From: Macrostomum lignano
Lineage: Eukaryota
Reading direction: 5' to 3'
Assembly: GCA_002269645.1 (NCBI GenBank)
Contig: NIVC01000152.1
Span: 868,001 to 932,000, forward strand
Length of the DNA stretch: 64,000 nucleotides
This document shows positions 41,345 to 53,678 of the stretch, piece by piece (the stretch's first letter is position 1; the number at the start of each line of letters is the position of its first letter). The notes beneath the pieces are model-generated. The model worked only from the letters and a program-made list of their open reading frames with translations, made no database searches and was not told the DNA's origin. A program made the translations under genes and the position numbers.

Positions 41345-43345
41345 ACTGGTGATGTGACTGAGTTTACTAGTGATGTGACCGCATAGACTGGTGAGGTGAC
41401 CATGTTGACTGGTGATGTGACCCTGTTGACTGGTGATGTAACCGTGGTTACTGGTGTTTTGACCAAGTTGACTTGTGATGTGACCGTATTGACTGGTGAT
41501 GTGACCATATTGACTGGTGATGTGACCGTATTGACTGGTGATGTGACCGAGGTGACTGGTGATGTGACCACATTGAATGGTGATGTGACTGCATTGACTG
41601 GTGATGTATGTGACCACATTGACTGGTGATGTGACCGTATTGACTGTTGATGTGACAGAGGTTATTGGTGATGTGACCACGTTGACTGGGTGATGTGACC
41701 ATATTGACTGGTGATGTGACAACGTTGACTGGTGATGTGACCGGATTGACTGGTGATGTGACCATATTGACTGGTGATGTGACCACATTGAATGGCGATG
41801 TGACTGCATTGACTGGTGATGTATGTGACCACATTGACTGGTGATGTGACCGTATTGACTGTTGATGTGACAGAGGTTATTGGTGATGTGACCACGTTGA
41901 CTGGGTGATGTGACCATATTGACTGGTGATGTGACCGAGGTGACTGGTGATGTGACAACGTTGACTGGTGATGTGACCCGATTGACTGGTGATGTGACCA
42001 CATTGACTGGTGGTATGACAATGTTGACTGGTGATGTGACAGATGTGACTGGTGATGTGACCATGTTGACTGGTGATGTGACTGTATTGACTGGTGACGT
42101 GATTGAGGTGACTGGTGATGTAACTGCGGTGACTGGTGTTTTGACCACGTTGACTGTTGTGACCACGTTGACTGGTGGTGTGACCGGATTGACTGGTGAT
42201 GTGACCGTATTGACTGGTGATGTGACCGAGGTGACTGGTGATGTGACCACATTGACTGGTAATGTGACCACATTGACTGGTGATGTGACCGAGGTGACTG
42301 GTGATGTGACCACATTGACTGGTGATGTGACCGCGGTGACTGGTGATGTGACCACGTTGAATGGTGATGTGACTGCGTTGACTGGTGTTGTGACCACGTT
42401 GACTGGTGATGTGACCCCGACGACTGTTGATGTGACCGTATTGACTGGTGATGTGACCGAGTTGACTAGTGATGTGACCACGTTTACTGGTGATGTGACC
42501 GTATTGACTGGTGATGTGACCGAGGTGACTGGTGATGTGACCACATTGAATGGTGATGTGACTGCATTGACTGGTGATGTATGTGACCACATTGACTGGT
42601 GATGTGACCGTATTGACTGTTGATGTGACAGAGGTTATTGGTGATGTGACCACGTTGACTGGGTGATGTGACCATATTGACTGGTGATGTGACCGAGGTG
42701 ACTGGTGATGTGACAACGTTGACTGGTGATGTGACCGGATTGACTGGTGATGTGACCACATTGACTGGTGGTATGACAATGTTGACTGGTGATGTGACAG
42801 ATGTGACTGGTGATGTGACCACGTTGACTGGTGATGTGACCGTATTGACTGGTGACGTGACCGAGGTGACTGGTGATGTGACTGCGGTGACTGGTGTTTT
42901 GACCACGTTGACTGTTGTTGTGACCACGTTGACTGGTGGTGTGACCGTATTGACTGGTGATGTGACCGGATTGACTGGTGATGTGACCGGATTGACTGGT
43001 GATGTGACCGTATTGACTGGTGATGTGACCGAGGTGACTGGTGATGTGACCAAATTGACTGGTGATGTGACCACATTGACTGGTGATGTGACCGAGGTGA
43101 CTGGTGATGTGACCACATTGACTGGTGATGTGACCGCGGTGACTGGTGATGTGACCACGTTGACTGGTGATGTGACCCCGACGACTGTTAATGTGACCAC
43201 GTTGACTGGTGATGTGACCGAGTTGACTGGTGATGTGACCGAGTTGACTGGTGATGTGACCACGTTTACTGGTGATGTGACCGTATTGACTGGTGATGTG
43301 ACCGAGGTGACTGGTGATATGACCCGACGACTGGTGATGTGACCT
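41345..43345. repeat. 21-bp minisatellite (actggtgatgtgacc + 6 variable nt) with higher-order duplication
   Basis: ~95 units. A ~758-bp block is duplicated (ORFs 41910 and 42668 are offset by 758). The same indel variants recur in each block. Confidence 0.95.
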
Positions 43346-43414
43346 TTTATCTCACTTTGCTGTAGTTATATAGATTTAATATGTCTTTTTAACAATATTG
43401 TTATATAATCAATA

Positions 43415-43738
43415 TTATACAGACCAACTACGGATGCGAACTGATGTAGAGTCCGGTCTGATGTTGTCAGTTTGACACGCGACAGAACGAGCGCCGCTAC
43501 AGAAACTGGACTCTTCAAGAAGATTATCGTCTGAATCACGCAGAGACTCGGCCGGGCTACATCGACTAAGTGGATTGATTAAGCCAGTGTTGTCGCCGGA
43601 CGAGTGCTGTTCCGCGATAAACAGGTTATATAAAAACTCAATCTCTTCTAGTTCGTCGATCATCTGTTCGCCGGCGTCCTCGTCGAGATTGTCGAGCATC
43701 GGATCATCTGCCTCGGCGGCTGTTTCCTCGTTGGTCAC
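43415..43738 (-). CDS. Unidentified acidic ORF or possible exon
   Basis: GC-richer island in AT-rich DNA. The frame stays open upstream past 43738. Acidic content and an SVACQTD motif, but no recognisable family. Confidence 0.3.
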   Translation of the reverse strand: MTNEETAAEADDPMLDNLDEDAGEQMIDELEEIEFLYNLFIAEQHSSGDNTGLINPLSRCSPAESLRDSDDNLLEESSFCSGARSVACQTDNIRPDSTSVRIRSWSV

Positions 43739-44640
43739 TGAACAACAGTCGCCACTCGAGTGCGTTGGACTACACGTACAATACGTTGTGTTGCCCTCTA
43801 CAGACTTAAATATTAATGAAATACCAAATCTATAACAAAGTTCCTTTATATGACAGACTGATAAGCAGCAGATGCGAACAAATTATAGTCTATGTCATCA
43901 TTAATAACAATCTATAATTCTAATATTTACGAACTTTACTGAGTACAGAATAGTTGTACTTATGCATTTGTACTTATGCTTGTCTAAAATATGCTCAATC
44001 TGCACAATTATCAGAATTATCAGCTACACTCAGACAGCAACAGGCGAAAATTTTCTAAGTCAAAGTTAATCTAAGCGCAGCGTTACCCAAAAATAAATGA
44101 GGCTGTGACAGGTAAGTGGTTGGGTTAGTGGGATAAATGCTGGTAATAGGTATGTGGGTGGGTAGATAGGTATGTAGGTAGTTAGTTAGTTAGTCAATCG
44201 GTATGTATTGGCGTGTGTGTGCGTGCGTTAGGCATTATTATATGCATACTAGTTATTATATGACTATATGCTGAGAGCTATATGATGAGTATTTACTAGT
44301 GCTTGTTTATTGTTTAGTAGCCAGCCGGGTGGTTAGATTAACAGCATTATTAGCAACACAGACAAACATAAACTATATAACATAGCTCGTAGATAGCTTA
44401 CCATAGACTATAAAGTACTCTAGTCGGTTAGTTACACTGTGTTAGCTTCCGACTACATGTCTGCCTAATATATATTGGGGGGGGGGTAGTGGGGGTTGGG
44501 GTATAGACATAGACAATTGTTTATTATTTAACCGTGCTCGCTCACTCGCGCGGACACACACACTCTATTCCATCATGTTACTATAAATAGTTCATAATTT
44601 GAAATTTGTTACTATTTATGGAAGTGCATACCTAGACATA

Positions 44641-44849
44641 TTGTTTAATCAATTATATTAGTAAATATTGATAGAATAATAGACTTGAAACTAATTACTC
44701 ATAATACAAAAACTCCCTAGTGATAGAGACTTGGATTATACTAAATTTAGAAACAATCATCCTATATCTCTAGGGAGTTTTTGTATTATGAGTAATTAGT
44801 TTCAAGTCTATTATTCTATCAATATTTACTAATATAATTGATTAAACAA
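44641..44849. mobile_element. Young TA-flanked MITE with perfect 80-bp TIRs (Tc1/mariner-type target)
   Basis: 44641-44720 is the exact reverse complement of 44770-44849, with a 49-nt spacer. TA at 44639-44640 and 44850-44851. Confidence 0.85.
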
Positions 44850-46300
44850 TAATTAATATAACAATAGCTATTAAGTTGCTAATTAATTGTAAAAAGATAG
44901 TGGATATAATAGAGATTCAATGTTGTGTGGCCATCTTAGTCTTATACCCTTTTTTAATAGGGATCATATAATAAAAGAATACAATAAAGAAAATTATTTA
45001 ACAAAAAGAGAGCAGTTCAAAATGTTTTTGAAAAAAGCTTGTACGAGCCTAAGCTCGTAGGGCCTAAGCAAATTAGCAGAATGATCACAATGCCTAATAG
45101 GCAAAGTGTATCATAAAGTATTGAAAATATAAATACAAACAGTTTTATATAATACAAGCTCATAATAAGTCCAATATATTAAATATTTACTTAGCAAGAG
45201 ACAAGTGCACTACTATTAGTAACATAATAATTTAGCAACTACGCCTGTCAGTCCAAAATGATTTACTATAGTATAAGAAATTGTGTTGTCTTATTATGAA
45301 TGTGTATACTAATGATTGACTTTGATTTATCAGTGTGCTATGGTTTTCAAATGCTAAATTGATTGATCTATGTCTAAGGCTGCCACATGCTTATAGAAAA
45401 GACTAGAACTTACATGTTTAAATATGAGTCACATTTCTTAGAAATGGAAACCAATTAAACAAAATACCTATTATTAGAACCTTATAATAAACTACACATA
45501 ATTATTATAGCTAAGGATCTTGACTAAAGTTAGAATAAATAAACTAGATTCAAATTACAGAATAGTTACAATACCTTTTTTATTACATGACAAATTTTTA
45601 AGACTAAGGTATCTTTTTAGGCAAGTGAGATTCATCAAATAAAATAAAAATACCAAAATAGCTTTTAAAATCCCAAATTTAAGCCAGGCCTAATAATTTT
45701 TTTACTAGAGGCCAATGCTTAGTCACTAGTAGCAAGTTGATTTGCTAAAAATCAATTTGCTGAAAGTAGGTTTTTTTGTTGAAAGTTTTATCTTGACTTC
45801 TAACTCATCTTATATATAAATATGATGGACCTTATATAATGGTATATTCAGTATTGTAAAATAGAAAATTAAATAAATAAATGAACAAGGTCCAGCTATG
45901 ACAGGTTGACATCTAGCACTAGCTGCATTGTCCATAGAATGTTTATAGTCCAGCAGCGGCATCTGCTTGATATTGCCTTTGCAGTTGGCTATGAGTATGT
46001 CAATTATGCAATAATATGTCTACTATAAAAGCCGCAACATATTGGCTAAGGCAATGATAGTGTGTTGTGCTTGTCATCATCATGATCATGTTAATAGAAG
46101 CCTTTTGGCAGATGGTGATGCTCTAGTCAAATGAGTTTTGCAAATTTTCCAAAAAGAAAGTAAAAAAGTAATTAAAAAATTGTTGCTTTTGTAGTAATAG
46201 TAATAGATAATATACTAATAAAGTATTTTTAGTCAACCATTATAATCTTCTGTCTTCTTTTTATGGTTCTTTCTACCCACAATCATTGGGCTTTAATTTA

Positions 46301-49300
46301 ATGACTATGAAGAAATCAAATAAATTTCCTGAGAAAAATACTGAAGAAGAGGAAATGCTGCTGCAAAATTATGCATTGTTAAAGAAATTGGTAAGTTAAA
46401 TGGATTGTTTCTTTGGCCTAAAATTGTCTTTCCTTAAGCTGAGCTTCTATTCTAGCAGATCTCCAAGTTAAGACCCTACTCTACCACATCTCCAGGTTGA
46501 GACCCTACTCCACCACATCTCCAGGTTGAGACCCTACTCTACCACATCTCCAGGTTGAGACCCTACTCTACCATATCTCCAAGTTGAGACCCTACTCTAC
46601 CACATCTCCAAGTTGAGACCCTACTCTACCACATCTCCAAGTTGAGACCCTACTCTACCATATCTCCAAGTTGAGACCTTACTCTACCACATCTCCAAGT
46701 TGAGACCCTACTCTACCACATCTCCAGGTTGAGACCCTACTCTACCACATCTCCAAGTTGAGACCCTACTCTACCATATCTCCAAGTTGAGACCTTACTC
46801 TACCACATCTCCAAGTTGAGACCCTACTCTACCATATCTCCAAGTTGAGACCCTACTCTACCACATCTCCAAGTTGAGACCCTACTCTACCACATCTCCA
46901 AGTTGAGACCCTACTCTACCATATCTCCAAGTTGAGACCTTACTCTACCAAATCTCCAAGTTGAGACCCTACTCTACCACATCTCCAGGTTGAGACCCTA
47001 CTCTACCACATCTCCAAGTTGAGACCCTACTTTACCATATCTCCAAGTTGAGACCTTACTCTACCAGTCTACCAGATCTCCAAGTAAGGACCCTACTTTA
47101 CCAGATCTCCAAGTTGAGACCCTACTCTACCATATCTCCAAGTTGAGACCATACTCTACCCGATCTCCAAGTAAGGACCCTACTCTACTATCTGCTCTGC
47201 TTTAGGATCAATTCACCGGGTCAAGGTTAACCTTAGATCTACAAAATTATATATTTTAACTGTGCCTGTCAATCGCCGCAGAGAAAACAGCTGACTGAGC
47301 TGCGCAGCCGGCAAGCGGCCGAGGCCGAGACAAATCGCGAGAAGGAGGAAACGCCGGTTAAGCCTAACGAAGATGCCAGGGTGGCGGCTGAGCGCCTGGT
47401 GAAACTGGGCAAAATTAAAATACAAAGCGCCTGCCCGCCTCGGGTATTGATGAAGAAAGGCCGCGATTCGACTGGCCCAGTCTCCGCTTATCGGCCCTAC
47501 TCGCCTACTGGCGGCGGCTCTGACGAGATTCAACAGCATCAGAATCAGCTGCAGCAGCCGCCAGCCAAGCGGCCGCGCTCGAATCTCTACGACAGCTTCG
47601 TTTCTGGCGGCGTACAGGATCCGGCGCCAGCTACCCCGTCAGGGAACAGCGCCGAGCCCAATAAGCCCCGTGGCAACACTCTATTCGTGCAGGGCTACAA
47701 TATCCATCCAGATATGCTCCGGTCGGCGTTCAGCCCGTTCGGCCCGATCTCGCGCATCGCTATGGAGAATCGCGCTGGCGGCCTCGCCGGCCGGTTTGGC
47801 GACTCCAAAGCCAACAACAAGCCGAAGGCGTTTGTCACGTTCGAATCGGAAGACGACGCCGCTAACGCTATGGATCAGGTGTGCTACTTAATATTTTTAT
47901 TAATTAGCTGGTAGATAGATAGATAAAAAGACGCTATAGAGTCAAAAACCTTAGCGCTCACACGCTCGCGAAAAAGCTCAGAAAGGCAGGAAGTGGGCTC
48001 AAGTGTGGTGAGGTAGATGGCTTGAAGGTCACTAGCAAAGTTCTTTAGAAGCGTCTCAGTGCGCGCATGTCCGCGACGGTATGGGTCGCATAGACATGCA
48101 TGCGCAACCTCCAAAATTCGGTCGGCCATGCGACTTAGTTTTAACAAAAATGCGACGTAGTTTTTGGCCAAAAATGCGACTTACATGTAAAAAAACCTAA
48201 AGCAAAATTAATGCAACATTGGGTAAACAGCAGGAGTAACTATGACTGTCTTATTAAGCCAAAATGCCTCGTCAGCTACTTAGTACTACTACTGGGTAAT
48301 TTTTTGGGTGGGTATTTTTGCGACTTCCTTGGTTGGCCACCAAATCGGCCAACTCGGCCGACTGTTGCGCATGTATGCGCATAGCGGATTGAGCACGACA
48401 ACCGCAAGGGGGTTCATTTCCCCTCGAACGTAGCTGCGTAGCACATTGCCGCGAAGTCGCCGCGCTCTCAGGAGGGAGCTCACTGGTGGGACGCCGGAGC
48501 GAGCAGCGAGCGCACGGTTTGACAGCCTTTCAGGGTAGCGGAGATCGAGAGCAAACCGCAGCAAAGCTCTGAAGGTGGCGTCGAGAGCCTGGTTGCGAGA
48601 TTCCGTGACCGGCAGAGCTTCGAGACCGTAAAGGAATATCGGCAGCACGACAGCACAGAAAATCCGGATTTTAAGTTGGTCAAATTAGCTGATAGTAGTT
48701 GTTAATAGTCATAGTGTTTGGTAATATTTATTTAAGTTCTTAATGTTGGATTTTTATGCAAAAACGGTCGCGAAGTTTTTACAATTGTTTTTTTATTGAT
48801 TCTGTTAATTTTTGCACTGTTAAGCACAGATCAAAACATAAAATTTCACTTAACTTCGAATTGGAATTGGAATTGGAACTCTGTTGACTAAGCAGTTTAC
48901 GTATTGTATTTGCGTTGTTTGTTTTTGCTGAAACATTTGCTTAATATTATCTGCTTTCTACTGTAAGTAGGTGGAATCGCTTATTAGCGACTTAGTAATT
49001 AAAAATTAGTTTCGTGCCTTATGGCTGGGGTGGCCTAGGGGGTAGCGGGTGGCGCGGCCGGCGGTCCAGGGGCAAAGAGGGGTTGGTAAGAGTTCGGAGG
49101 CGGGGCGGGCCGCTCTAGTCTACGCGAGGCCTCACACATTCCTTATTTGGTAAGCGGCCGGCGCCGAGAAAATTCTATTTATGGTCAAAACTAAACCTGA
49201 GAGACTTAGAAGTATTGAATAGTTTGGGCTATGCTACCAACTATGGCTTAGTCGGTACGGGCGGCAAGATTATGACGCAGAAATTTTATCTGGTCCCGGC

Positions 49301-51964
49301 CGTTTATAGAAGTTTCACTAGCTGCCGGACCCCTCGCATCCTTCACTTGCTAACTTTTACCCCTCTGTAGAGTTTAGCGGTTATTCGTTTCTGTTTATGT
49401 GCTTTTATCGCTTAGTAAATTTTTATTAACCGGAAAAAACGGATGCAACTGTCAAGTTTGCCTGCAATTCTATTAATTTCTGGTGTTTCTACACTAATAG
49501 AAAAAGTCTATGTTTTTTATCTGAATTTGGTTTTGGTTACCCTGACGATGAATTTTGCCTGTCACCTGAATAGACGGCAGCTTAGAGGGGGCGCCAGCTA
49601 CAGAAGGGGCTCCAGCTACAGAAAAGGGCGCCAGCAATAGAGGCGCCATCAACATAGTCAGGCGCTGCTAGCAAAAGAGGCGCCGGCTACAGAAGGGGCT
49701 CCAGCTACAGAAAAGGGCGTCAGCAATTGAGGCGCCATCAACATAGTCAGGCGCTGCTAGCAAAAGAGGCGCCGGCTACAGAAGGGGCTCCAGCTACAGA
49801 AAAGGGCGTCAGCAATAGAGGCGCCATCAACATAGTCAGGCGCTGCTAGCAAAAGAGGCGCCGGCTACAGAAGGGGCTCCAGCTACAGAAAAGGGCGTCA
49901 GCAATAGAGGCGCCATCAACATAGTCAGGCGCTGCTAGCAAAAGAGGCGCCGGCTACAGAAGGGGCTCCAGCTACAGAAAAGGGCGTCAGCAATAGAGGC
50001 GCCATCAACATAGTCAGGCGCTGCTAGCAAAAGAGGCGCCGGCTACAGAAGGGGCTCCAGCTACAGAAAAGGGCGTCAGCAATAGAGGCGCCATCAACAT
50101 AGTCAGGCGCTGCTAGCAAAAGAGGCGCCGGCTACAGAAGGGGCTCCAGCTACAGAAAAGGGCGTCAGCAATAGAGGCGCCATCAACATAGTCAGGCGCT
50201 GCTAGCAAAAGAGGCGCCGGCTACAGAAGGGGCTCCAGCTACAGAAAAGGGCGTCAGCAATAGAGGCGCCATCAACATAGTCAGGCGCTGCTAGCAAAAG
50301 AGGCGCCGGCTACAGAAGGGGCTCCAGCTACAGAAAAGGGCGTCAGCAATAGAGGCGCCATCAACATAGTCAGGCGCTGCTAGCAAAAGAGGCGCCGGCT
50401 ACAGAAGGGGGCGCGAGCTAAGGGGTGTCAGCTACATAAGGCAGACTAGACAGGGTCCTAGTAAGTACTGGAGGCTGGCTGCAACGAACTGCTTTTCAGT
50501 GAGTTCATCATGGCTCATAACTAAGCTTGCCGTCAACCCTTGTCAAAAATACACAGTTTGGTAAAATCTTACAAGTACCAGTTTACTCGTAGTGTTTCGT
50601 GTGCACATGCGCGCACAAGCAGGTGAGACAGATACTGGGTACTTTGCTTTCCCCCTGTCCCTGTGTTCTCATTTTTTCACCTACTCGTAGCTGGCACTCG
50701 CATGGAGCTTTGAAAGATTTTATCGTCTCTTTTTTTATTTCAATCAGTGCGCGATCGCCAGTTTCATGCAGTTCAAGTCGCCTTTCTTATCAGATTGCCT
50801 TGCCAGCTAATTTGTAGAAGGCTAAGTTGGGTGGCTAGATAAATAGTCGAGGGAAAGGTGAGGGTAGGGGGAGGGCTGGTCATGGCCTGTCTGAACAGGT
50901 GATTCTAGCACGCGACTGCAGTTTTTGGCGCGCAGTATTAAGAAAATGTGCTAAGATACAAATTCTAAATGAGAGAGTTGGACTTGGCTAGACTTTGTAT
51001 CTGAGGTTTGGGCATTTATGTAGCTTAGCTATCTTACAATTTTGTTACAAAGCTTGTTTAGTCAACACTGCAGCTCCATAAAGTTGTTATTTAGCAGTGG
51101 TACAGAAATTGCTACTGCATAACCTTGTTGTGCGTATGTGTATGATGGAGTTTCTTTGGCTAGCGATTACCATGCCGTTAAAATATTTTTAAAACTCGTG
51201 ATTATCCATAATTATCGCAACTTCACTCCAACCAACTCGAGAAATACCGTCATCAGCTACTTCCCTCACTCAACTCAGAGTACCTCAGTCAACTCAAAGA
51301 GTCCCTCAGTAATCTCGAAGAGTCCCTCAGTCAACTCGATGAGTCCCTCACTCATCTCAGATAGTCCCTCACTCATCTCAGAGAGTCCCTCACTCAACTC
51401 AGTCCCTCATTCTATACCGGTGTTTATTATATTCGATTTCGCTAGGCTCCTATGCTGCGGCGTAACTCAACTTTCCAACACCTCCCTCCCAATTATCATC
51501 AGCTGGATGGCCAGCTGGTCAAAGGCAGCGTTCTGAGCGTTCGCCTGGCAAGGAAGCAGCCGTCAGCTGGCGGTCAGGGATTCCGCGGCTACGGAGGCCG
51601 CCCGATGCCTCCTCAGCTGCCTGGCATCTCCGACTGGACGTCGGACTCGGGCGGCGGCGGCGGCGGCGGCAGGTACCGACTCGGTCTTGGCTTTGCCAGC
51701 CCGGACGCTCCAGACGCCGCTGGCGCTAGTAGTCCGCGCTACGCGCCACCGGACACTCCGACTAGTGCTGGCGGCGCTGAACTAGGAGAAGCGTCAAATC
51801 TGACTCCCGGCGCCAGGTCGACAGAGGGGCCGTCATCAATTGGCGAAGATTCCGACAGCCTGCGAGATCAGCAGCGGCGACCACTACAATACTCGGACGG
51901 AGTGTTCGTGTCCTCGGATCCGATGGAGGAGGACGCAGTTGTGGAACTGGATGAGGTCATGTGA
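46301..51964 (+). CDS. NELFE: Negative elongation factor E (RRM protein), ~382 aa
   Basis: join(46301..46390,47282..47878,51503..51964), GT-AG phase 0. N-terminal FPEKNTEEEEMLLQNYALLKKLRK, RSNLYDSFVS motif, and an RRM (GNTLFVQG...KAFVTFE...LDGQLVKGSVLSVRLARKQP). No RD dipeptide tract. The start could be 46301 or 46307. Confidence 0.9.
46447..47190. repeat. Intronic minisatellite, 29 bp unit actctaccacatctccaagttgagaccct
   Basis: ~25 copies fill NELF-E intron 1 (46391-47281). Confidence 0.96.
47960..48655 (-). mobile_element. 5-prime-truncated RTE-like LINE fragment, split by a MITE
   Basis: LPIFLYGLEAL...ALLRFAL..ERLSNRAL..SSLLRARRL.GNVLR is the typical post-RT C-terminal region. Removing 48095-48377 plus one TSD rejoins ..VVLNPLC to DPYRRGHARTETLLKNF... 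Confidence 0.75.
48095..48377. mobile_element. Second copy of the 430-730 MITE
   Basis: Near-identical internal sequence. Flanks cgcataga (48087-48094) and cgcatagc (48378-48385). Confidence 0.85.
49585..50410. repeat. 89-bp tandem repeat, ~9 near-identical copies
   Basis: cagaaggggc recurs at 49601, 49690, 49779 and onward. The unit is built from degenerate ggcg.cagc.a subunits. Lies in NELF-E intron 2. Confidence 0.95.
51268..51410. repeat. 21-bp minisatellite agtccctcactcatctcagag
   Basis: ~6 copies near the 3-prime end of NELF-E intron 2. Confidence 0.85.
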
Positions 51965-53678
51965 CAATGTTATGTACTGGAGCTTGAATTTCGACGAAAG
52001 GCAGCATCTTTCGTCGCTATAAATATTTCAATCTTGTATTTGTTTTCTTTTCAAACCGAAATAAACATAAATTCTTGTACATTTTCAGTTGGAACTTTGA
52101 ATTATCACTTTGAAATGCTCGTTTTGTAAATATTTTTTTTTTCATTTTTAACTCTAAAGTGAAATTCAATAAGCAGATCGTTTTGTTGAGAACTTCAGTA
52201 GATAATTAGAGGCTATAACCAGCTATACCAGTAGTTCAGGCGAACTTGCAAATTAACCATTTGGATATTCAGTGAAGTGGGGGGGGGGGGGTAAAGCTCC
52301 CTCCGGTTTAGCCTTTGGCTCTGCCTCAGACCGAAATGCGCATACCAAATTGACTGCCTAATCACGTACGCAACTGCGTGTCAGAAGCTGCTTGGCCTCT
52401 CTCTCTCTCTGTTTCTCTCGCTTTACTATTATAGTTCAGCTCGGTGTAGTGTAGGTAGCTCAGAATGTATGAAGATTTAACGCTGGCGTCTGTCCCTCTC
52501 TCTTAGTAGAGTGCTTTGTATTTTGGCCTACTGCATGCTTACTGCCGTGCCGTGGGTTGCTAAATTTTAGTAGAATGGGGCTCAGAGTCTCAGAGTTACA
52601 ACTTGGCCAGCCATATACGAGCGTAGAAGTTTTCGTCCCGCTCGTTTTACAGGCAAGCTAGCTAGTTGTTAATAGTTTGTCTCTTAACTTCGCCTGATTC
52701 GAGTTCGCTGTTAATGCGCTAGCTATTGCACCGGATTTAGCATAGTGTTGCAGCCGATGTGCATGAATTACAATTACTTTTGCTTTGTACATTGTAGGCG
52801 CTGTCCTAAATAAAGCAATTATTACTCGTAGATAAAAAACGATTGCAAAATGAGATTTCAAAGGCGATATCGACATGTTTATTATTATTTTATTTTGTGG
52901 CAAAGGCATTCCTCACAGCACGCGGACACAGTTTACTGGATGCTCTCGTGTATTTAGTTCAGTTTATATTCATCCTTTCAATTGTTTACTACTGACTGGT
53001 GGATAAAAACCGACAGAAAAACTATTTTGCTAAATATAAACTGGGAAACAAATAAACGAAAAAACCGGATTAGACAGTTAAATATAGGTGGGAAGAATAT
53101 TTTAATTTGCATTTGCATTTGTTTATTTAACTTCAGAAAGAGAACAGAATAATGAGAAGCAAAGGAAAACCGATGCGTTTAACATTGTCAAATAGGAAGG
53201 CTGCTTCGCTATAACAATAGCAGACACAACAGACAGACTAACCGACTCCCACTAACTATTAGCTACGGCGGGGATGTAAAGAGACAACACAACAAAGAAT
53301 TTAATGTAGCACAGGAAATGTGACGGGCTTCTTGGAAAAGTTAATTATTGACAGAGCTGTCAAAAAGCTCTACGGAATACACAGAGAGACTGGGAGTTGC
53401 ATCAAAGACTGCCACATGCCAAGCTTGATGGAATCATGTTTTTTCAATTATATTTCTGCTGTCTTGATTATAACAAAATGAAAACTTAAGTAACTCAGTC
53501 CAATAGTCAAGGCCTACATATTACTTAATAATATATTTAAAGACAGTTATAAAGATAGGCATAGGGTTTTTTAATAATGCGGGCGGTCGAGTGCAAATGA
53601 ACTGGTTGTCAAAAAAATATTCATTATTAATAATAGAAAAACTGATGATGAATAACCACCGGCTGACAGGCTGCTCGC

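Noticed and set aside
41312-43342. Long ORFs (up to 426 aa) and a CRISPR-like constant/variable pattern
   Set aside because: These are products of a 21-bp minisatellite. The variable part is only 6 nt, there are no cas genes, the context is eukaryotic, and frameshifts recur.
49585-50410. Possible CRISPR array
   Set aside because: Units are identical end to end with no unique spacers.
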